Virus record (IMG/VR): IMGVR_UViG_3300010355_000898
Span: 32,001-96,000 of that record
DNA length: 64,000 nucleotides
Source of the DNA: a virus
Lineage: Duplodnaviria > Caudoviricetes
Reading direction: 5' to 3' (one strand)
Shown here: positions 57,999 through 64,000 of the stretch, one piece after another
Layout of the letters: the number at the start of each line of letters is the position of its first letter
How positions within the stretch are numbered: the stretch's first letter is position 1
The notes under the pieces: generated by a model
Databases searched by the model: none
What the model was told of the DNA's origin: nothing
Seen by the model: only the letters and a program-made list of their open reading frames with translations
Position numbers and translations under genes: made by a program

Positions 57999-58211
57999 AT
58001 GGCATCCTCGGAAAGATTGAATTTGTATGATCGTCTGTTTAACAGATATAAGAAGATCATCCATAAACGTGGAACTGAACAATATCTTCCATTATGGAAC
58101 AGCAGATTGCCAGATTATGCAAATTTAATTCCAATAACCAGAGACTATATTGAATATCTCGTTATTGATCGATTGACCGGTTCTGAAACCATCAAAAAAG
58201 AATACATTTGA
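57999..58211 (+). CDS. Small hypothetical protein
   Basis: Tiled ORF. Confidence 0.45.
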   Translation: MASSERLNLYDRLFNRYKKIIHKRGTEQYLPLWNSRLPDYANLIPITRDYIEYLVIDRLTGSETIKKEYI

Positions 58212-58236
58212 TGATATTCATATCATATTTAGTTGT

Positions 58237-58659
58237 ATGAAATATGTTGGTTACATTTGGGCATTTCCAATTACACTATTTGGAGCAACTTATGCACTCC
58301 TGTTTACGCTGTTTGGTTGGTACAAATTTGTTGGCATAAGAGATGTTGCTCTTGTTTTTAGTGTGACAAACAGATCACCACAATGGCTGCTCAATCTTTG
58401 GCAAGGTTGGTATGGTCATACTGTTGGAAATGTGATCGTCATGTTCAGTGATGAGGACACTGTGTTGTCAAGACATACACTCATTCATGAACTTGAACAC
58501 ACAAGGCAATGTATGTTGTTGGGACCATTTCAACCAATATTGTATGGTCTATTCATGTTGGTGATCTGGATTGCATTGCCCATGATCAGCCCATACTGGA
58601 TGAATCCATTTGAGATCGCTGCAAGAAAATCTGCAAATGAGAAGATAGATATCCGATAA
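58237..58659 (+). CDS. Membrane HExxH metallopeptidase-like protein
   Basis: GHTVGNV, IHELEHTRQ, NPFEIAA; TM segments; ATATTTA at 58225. Confidence 0.7.
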   Translation: MKYVGYIWAFPITLFGATYALLFTLFGWYKFVGIRDVALVFSVTNRSPQWLLNLWQGWYGHTVGNVIVMFSDEDTVLSRHTLIHELEHTRQCMLLGPFQPILYGLFMLVIWIALPMISPYWMNPFEIAARKSANEKIDIR

Positions 58660-58678
58660 CTGAATTGCAACAAATATT

Positions 58679-58909
58679 TTGAAGCCATCCTTTGTACATT
58701 GGGGATGGCTTTTGTACTATTCAATGGTGAGCAAATTGGATGGGCCAAAATATCTCCAAATAACACAATTTGGGAGTGCATACTTTCTTGATGAGAACAG
58801 ATCAATTCATAATGTAAACAGTCCAGCATACCTTGATCGATTTAGACGTGAATTGTCATATTATGTGCATGGTTGTTTTGTGTGCAGCAATGAATATGAT
58901 GTCAAATAA
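58679..58909 (+). CDS. Small hypothetical protein
   Basis: Tiled ORF; start uncertain. Confidence 0.35.
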   Translation: MKPSFVHWGWLLYYSMVSKLDGPKYLQITQFGSAYFLDENRSIHNVNSPAYLDRFRRELSYYVHGCFVCSNEYDVK

Positions 58910-58918
58910 ATAGTCAAT

Positions 58919-60124
58919 ATGACCAACTCATCACAAGTGTATTGGGGTAAATATCAGAGCTTTGAGGGTCCAATCTTTATGGGATCAATTAGGTATGAAT
59001 TGCCAAAAAATCCTGATGATTTTGACAAATTTTTGCATGTGATAACATCAACAGAGGGTGGAAAATATGATGCAATCAACATGTATGATCAATGTATCAT
59101 AAGCGTTGGTCTCATACAATGGTGTGAAGCTAAACAATATTCTGTATCAAACTTATTGGGTCAAGTTGCTGACAAATGTGGTATTGATGCAGTTCTGAAA
59201 CCACTGAATCCAATTCTTTTGCAGATTGGTGCAACTTTCAAGAAGAATGCAAAAGGCCAATGGAGATTCCATTTCAATGATGAAAGAGGTGAAGTAAATA
59301 CCATTGAGAAACAGCAACAACTGTTTTGGGATTGTGATGGGAAAAAGGGATCTTGGACGCCTGAATTGAGAGCGAGGGCAAAATTGTGGGCAGCCTGCAC
59401 TGCAAATATTTGGGAAAATCAGGATGCACAAAATGTTCAACTTGAATTCACAAAGAAGAGGTTGGTGTGGTTCATAACACCATCAGCACAAAAAGTTCTG
59501 TTTGATGGACAACCTTCAACTGGTTGGGTTGGGGCTTTGAGAGGGGGATACTTTTCATTTGCAGCAAATCTTCCTGCAATTGCTGACAAACATTTGAAAA
59601 TTGCAATCAAGAACCTCAAATCACCCAAGTGGTCAAAAGAGTGGTGCACAGGTGTTCTGAAAGAATTGACATTTGGACCCAACATAGCAATCTATCCAAC
59701 AAGATACAACAAAATCAGGGAAGTTCTTGAACAAACATGGGGAGTTGAACTTCCAAAGACAGCTGAACTGCTGAGACAGTGGACGGAACCGGCAATTGAC
59801 AATGTTGCAACACAACAACCTGTTATGTCAGTTGAAAATCCAATTATGCCAATCAGCAATGTGAAATTGAACGTTGACATAACATATTCAACTCCACTGA
59901 ACAGCGCAATTGAATTGAATGGTATCAAAGAGGATCTCATTGTGAATGATGTGTTGTCAACAATCAGAGAAAATCGTGATGAAGTCACAATTGAATATGA
60001 TGATCAACAACATCCACAGCAGAGTGGTCAGATTGTTGTGAGAGATGAAGTGAATTCTCTTGGCATTTTTGGATACATTTTTCAATTCATAAAATTCATC
60101 ATCAATCTGTTGACAAAACAGTGA
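58919..60124 (+). CDS. Putative endolysin (lysozyme-like fold) with amphipathic C-terminus
   Basis: TSTEGGKYDAINMYD...SVGLIQW resembles a glycosidase Glu + G-x-x-Q motif. Confidence 0.55.
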   Translation: MTNSSQVYWGKYQSFEGPIFMGSIRYELPKNPDDFDKFLHVITSTEGGKYDAINMYDQCIISVGLIQWCEAKQYSVSNLLGQVADKCGIDAVLKPLNPILLQIGATFKKNAKGQWRFHFNDERGEVNTIEKQQQLFWDCDGKKGSWTPELRARAKLWAACTANIWENQDAQNVQLEFTKKRLVWFITPSAQKVLFDGQPSTGWVGALRGGYFSFAANLPAIADKHLKIAIKNLKSPKWSKEWCTGVLKELTFGPNIAIYPTRYNKIREVLEQTWGVELPKTAELLRQWTEPAIDNVATQQPVMSVENPIMPISNVKLNVDITYSTPLNSAIELNGIKEDLIVNDVLSTIRENRDEVTIEYDDQQHPQQSGQIVVRDEVNSLGIFGYIFQFIKFIINLLTKQ

Positions 60125-60159
60125 TTGTACATTCATACAATTTGTGAAACAATTTTAGA

Positions 60160-60996
60160 ATGTCAATTTGTACTCAATTCAGTGATGATGTCAAATTGTT
60201 GAATGATGATGTCATAAAGAGATTGAATATTGATGGTTCACTTGGCATAAAGGGAATGTCAAAACTTATCAGTAATCCTCTCATACACAATATCCCAGAT
60301 GTTGCAAACATCACTAATGGTGACATTATTGAAACTGCATTGAGTGATCAGGATGCTGGAATGAAAATTGTTCATGAACATCGGTGCAATATCATTGTGT
60401 TCATTGACACAAATCAGAATATTGATGATCTTGAACAGTGCATCAGTGAATACAGAGAAGACATAAATCTTGTGTGTCAGGATGAATTCTTGACAAAATA
60501 TTCAAAATTCAGAACATTTGCAATTGAATCATACAGTACTCTCAGATTGAAGCCCAACTATTCAATTGCAAATTTTGTGAACATGAATACAGATGGAATT
60601 GGCAGTGTACCAGACATTGCGAGCCATTTCAAGTCAACAAAAATGAATTTTGTGTGCACAACAAAAGCACTCATTGACAAAAATTTTGCACAATTGGGAG
60701 CACACAAACGTGTTGATTGCAAACTCAGTGTGGGCATCTCAGAACACACAAACCGATACATTCCTGTCTGGTTTGATGGCAAAATTGTGATGATGAACAG
60801 TGATGATCTTGATGATATGTGTGTGCAATCATCAAAATTCTTCTGGAATGGTCAACTCGTGTTCACCAGCGCAAACTGCGCACATGAATGGAAATTGCGG
60901 CGTGTATTCAATGACAAACAATTGGAAATCATATTTGAACGTGAAATTGACATTTTGAGCAAGCACAATAACATTGTGCTCATTAAAACACAGTGA
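60160..60996 (+). CDS. Hypothetical protein
   Basis: 278-aa ORF. Confidence 0.55.
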   Translation: MSICTQFSDDVKLLNDDVIKRLNIDGSLGIKGMSKLISNPLIHNIPDVANITNGDIIETALSDQDAGMKIVHEHRCNIIVFIDTNQNIDDLEQCISEYREDINLVCQDEFLTKYSKFRTFAIESYSTLRLKPNYSIANFVNMNTDGIGSVPDIASHFKSTKMNFVCTTKALIDKNFAQLGAHKRVDCKLSVGISEHTNRYIPVWFDGKIVMMNSDDLDDMCVQSSKFFWNGQLVFTSANCAHEWKLRRVFNDKQLEIIFEREIDILSKHNNIVLIKTQ

Positions 60997-61029
60997 ACAG
61001 TACAACATATTGATGATATTGTTGTCAAT

Positions 61030-61353
61030 ATGAAAAAGGGTGAAAAGAAAGTTCACAAATCTCATCAACCCAAACGATTAAAAATTGATGTGCAACAATT
61101 ACCAAAATTCATGAATGAAGATTGTACAATCAATGCAAAAAAGGGTTCAAGACTGTTCTTCAGGAGAACTGTTTGGGATGCTGGAAAACCTGATGTCACT
61201 GAAATTCATGCAGGAGTTTTTAGATCTATTGGTGCTGATGGTCTCATCACAATTTGGGATGAACAGTTTGAACAAGTGTTTGCTTTCAGGCTCAGTGATT
61301 GTGAAAAACTTGATGTGAGAGTTGAAAAGGATGAAACAGACACAAGTGCATGA
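61030..61353 (+). CDS. Hypothetical protein
   Basis: Promoter-like GTGAAC-18-TATTGT upstream. Confidence 0.55.
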   Translation: MKKGEKKVHKSHQPKRLKIDVQQLPKFMNEDCTINAKKGSRLFFRRTVWDAGKPDVTEIHAGVFRSIGADGLITIWDEQFEQVFAFRLSDCEKLDVRVEKDETDTSA

Positions 61354-61978
61354 TGTTCTTGACATTGATGGTGTCAAGATCAAAAAGTATGGAAAAAATT
61401 TCAGATCACTTGTGTGTGCAGGCGCATGGGTTATCAATGATTTCAAATATGGACGAGATGTGTGTGCTTGTTGTGGAAGACCAATCACAAGATTGCTGAA
61501 ATTGAAGAACACATCACATGATGGCAGTGAAAAACAGTTTGAGGAAGTGGTAACAATTGGAACAACATGTGGACCAAAAGTTTTCATTGAAAGTTGCAAG
61601 TCATTCTATGATGATCCTGAAAAGGAATGGGAACGTCAATACAAATCTTGGAAGGGATACATTGAATATGTTACACTCTGTTCAAGAAATCATGATGTTT
61701 GGACTTCAATTGATGAAAATTTCACAAACAGGATTGATGAAATCCTTGATGATGGTTACAGAACAGGAAGTTTCACAAAAACATGGTGGATTTTGCATGA
61801 TAGAAAAATGAAATTGCTGAAATCATCAAAAAAGTACAAGGATGGCATTGGCGAGATCATTGAACGCAATTTGCAATATTATGCAAATGTCCTTTTGCAA
61901 TCTGCAAAAAGATGTGGGATATTCAACAATTGCAAATTTGATGAACAGTTGAAATTGAAGGATAACATAACAGTATGA
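61331..61978 (+). CDS. Hypothetical zinc-binding protein
   Basis: CACCGRPI...IGTTC motif. Confidence 0.6.
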   Translation: MKQTQVHDVLDIDGVKIKKYGKNFRSLVCAGAWVINDFKYGRDVCACCGRPITRLLKLKNTSHDGSEKQFEEVVTIGTTCGPKVFIESCKSFYDDPEKEWERQYKSWKGYIEYVTLCSRNHDVWTSIDENFTNRIDEILDDGYRTGSFTKTWWILHDRKMKLLKSSKKYKDGIGEIIERNLQYYANVLLQSAKRCGIFNNCKFDEQLKLKDNITV

Positions 61979-63237
61979 AATCAAAAATTAAATACATATA
62001 CAACGAATTCAATGAATTTTTCAATTCACCAAAGTGTAGGTCAGCAATCAATGTTGGCAATTCTGTAATCAATGCAATTGTGCCAATGTTTGAAAAACCT
62101 TCATTCTTCAATGCAATCAAGTCTGTTGTGAACACAGCAAAAGCATTCTCAGATGAATTGAAAATCTATCCAGATGACTATTTTGTTGAAGAGAATGGTT
62201 GGGTTAAAATATATGGTTCGGCTTTTGCAACCACTGCCATTGAGAGCATCCAATCAAATGGATATCACTCTTCTGAAATGAATATCAATGGTGGATTGTA
62301 CAAAATTCATGTTGTCAACATTGATAATGTGAATAGGATTGGGTGGATTGAAAACACAAAATTGCAAAAAATTGGTTCTGATGCAATCTATGCATTTGGC
62401 GATGCAAATCATTGCAAACAGTTTGTCAAAAATCTCATTTGGAAAAAGTATGGGAATGACAGCGTTATCATCAGATATGTTTCAAACATTGACATGTACA
62501 GCAGAGGGAGGGTGTACATTTCAAATGACAATTTGCTCAAATCACACCCATCAAAATTGGCAACAGAGTACACAGAATATCTGAAAAACTATTTTGACAA
62601 ATCAGTCAACAGGAATGTGATGTTTCATGGTCCCCCAGGAACTGGTAAGAGTACTCTTGCAAAAACGATCACAACAAATCTTGATCTCAAGTCAATCAGG
62701 GTAAATGTTACTGACATTGACAGGATTGACACTGCACAATTTTTTGAAGTGATTGAACTTTTTAAACCTGATGCAATCATCATTGATGATTTTGATCGTG
62801 CTGAAGATCAGGCAAAACTTCTTGAACTTCTTGAGCACTTTGCAAACACAATCAAATTGGTCATTGTGACAGTGAATGACAAGGATGCACTTGATAATGC
62901 AATCCTTAGACCAGGAAGATTTGATGAGATCAAATACGTTGAAAAAATGGATGATGAGGTCATCAAACACCTGTTGGGTGATCTGTGCACAGATGAGATT
63001 TTTGCAAAAGTGAAAGATTGGCCAGTTGCATTCATAAGTGAATTCATCAAACGATGCAAAGTTAGTGGTGATGCCACAATGGCAATGTCTTCTCTTGAAG
63101 AGCTCTCTGATCGTGTCAAAGAGATGAAGAGCATCAAATACAGAGACAATATGCAATTGAACAGATCTGCTACATCAAACAATAAAAAAGGCAAATGCCC
63201 AGGACGACCAATGCCATCAAAAGATATGGCTGACTGA
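61975..63237 (+). CDS. AAA+ ATPase
   Basis: HGPPGTGKS, IIIDDFD, LDNAILRPGRFD. Confidence 0.92.
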   Translation: MKSKIKYIYNEFNEFFNSPKCRSAINVGNSVINAIVPMFEKPSFFNAIKSVVNTAKAFSDELKIYPDDYFVEENGWVKIYGSAFATTAIESIQSNGYHSSEMNINGGLYKIHVVNIDNVNRIGWIENTKLQKIGSDAIYAFGDANHCKQFVKNLIWKKYGNDSVIIRYVSNIDMYSRGRVYISNDNLLKSHPSKLATEYTEYLKNYFDKSVNRNVMFHGPPGTGKSTLAKTITTNLDLKSIRVNVTDIDRIDTAQFFEVIELFKPDAIIIDDFDRAEDQAKLLELLEHFANTIKLVIVTVNDKDALDNAILRPGRFDEIKYVEKMDDEVIKHLLGDLCTDEIFAKVKDWPVAFISEFIKRCKVSGDATMAMSSLEELSDRVKEMKSIKYRDNMQLNRSATSNNKKGKCPGRPMPSKDMAD

Positions 63238-63285
63238 GAATTCTGAATCAACAATTTTGTGGGCTCATGTTGCATAGTTATCAAC

Positions 63286-63546
63286 ATGAGCCCACTTTCA
63301 TTGGTAAAGAAACAGAACAATGGCAAAACTGAATATACGCTGCACAAAAATTATACAAGTGCATCAAATTGCAAAAATGTGATTGATTTTTCTGAAATGA
63401 AATTGCGAAAATTGCTTACACATGCTGGTGATGAACAACAGCGTAAAGTGTTGTCAAATCTCATCAATGATTACATTAATGGTGACGTTATCATAGCGTG
63501 GAGGTCTGGTATGCCACTCTTTATGACTGTCACAAAGGGCAAATAG
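63286..63546 (+). CDS. Small hypothetical protein
   Basis: ATAGTTA at 63274 just upstream of ATG 63286. Confidence 0.55.
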   Translation: MSPLSLVKKQNNGKTEYTLHKNYTSASNCKNVIDFSEMKLRKLLTHAGDEQQRKVLSNLINDYINGDVIIAWRSGMPLFMTVTKGK

Positions 63547-63584
63547 TCATTAACATTCTTCACTCAGTGTTGTAATGTTATAAC

Positions 63585-64000
63585 ATGTTGAATTCAACCA
63601 CACAATTGATCTTCAAAAATGAAGCAAGAAAAAAATTGTTTGAGGGCATCAAATCAGCTGCAGAGGCAGTGATATGCACTCTTGGTCCAAAAGGAAAGAC
63701 AGTTCTCATTCAGGGAGAGAATGGTCCAATTGTCACAAAAGACGGAGTAACTGTCAGCAAGTCAATAAGGTTCAAAGATCCAATCAAAAAATTGGGATCA
63801 GAACTGATAAGAGAGGCTGCAACAAGAACCAATGATGCAGCCGGCGATGGCACAACAACTTCAACAACATTGACGTATGCATTGTGTGCAGAGGGATTGA
63901 AACTCCTTGAGAGTGGAAGAGATGCGCAGAATGTTTCAAATGGTTACACCTGGGCTCAGGGATGGGTGACTGAAATGTTGAAGAAACAGGCAATTCAAAT
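63585..64000 (+). CDS. groEL: Chaperonin GroEL, N-terminal part (runs off window; absent from the ORF track)
   Basis: Manual translation: EARKKLFEG..TLGPKG..VTKDGVTV..TNDAAGDGTTT. Confidence 0.95.
   Translation, partial: MLNSTTQLIFKNEARKKLFEGIKSAAEAVICTLGPKGKTVLIQGENGPIVTKDGVTVSKSIRFKDPIKKLGSELIREAATRTNDAAGDGTTTSTTLTYALCAEGLKLLESGRDAQNVSNGYTWAQGWVTEMLKKQAIQ

Noticed and set aside
500-63993. Numerous minus-strand and nested ORFs in the track (e.g. 46687..47298, 50646..51278, 57069..57803, 63784..63993)
   Set aside because: Shadows of well-supported plus-strand genes, with no motifs; apparent TA avoidance makes long stop-free shadow frames more likely.
1-64000. Stop-codon reassignment (alternative genetic code)
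   Set aside because: Conserved genes are full length under the standard code, and TAA, TAG and TGA all occur at sensible gene ends.
1-64000. tRNA genes, CRISPR arrays, long direct repeats, DGR or retron elements
   Set aside because: None recognised by eye; intergenic gaps are short and no reverse transcriptase is present. tRNAscan/Infernal were not run.

Overview
A 64-kb, AT-rich, densely coding, almost entirely plus-strand segment of a large (probably jumbo) tailed dsDNA phage; standard genetic code; no tRNA, rRNA or CRISPR array recognised; host not determinable. It runs from the 3' end of recA to the 5' end of groEL. It holds replication and nucleotide genes (dut, two 5'-3' exonucleases, DnaB helicase, intein-containing class II RNR, ThyX, kinases, PolX), stress genes (Hsp20, Dps, SOD-like), RNA repair/modification genes (Rnl2-like, RtcB, MnmA), probable late/virion genes and many tiny ORFs. 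Highlights: (1) DnaE is encoded in FOUR separate genes. Two junctions are split inteins flanking free-standing zinc-finger homing endonucleases. The third junction carries only a catalytically dead intein sub-fragment pair, proposed here as a non-splicing protein 'clasp', with about 2.8 kb of unrelated genes in the gap. (2) A probable cytosine hypermodification pathway: a thymidylate-synthase homologue with the dCMP-type Asp, a glycosyltransferase, a dNMP kinase, a dCTPase-like enzyme, and UDP-xylose synthase plus an epimerase that could supply a pentose. (3) A recurrent ATANTTA motif upstream of genes whose proteins carry L/I-x-E leader motifs, suggesting late-expressed, capsid-packaged effectors. 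All calls come from manual motif recognition; no database searches or statistics were run.
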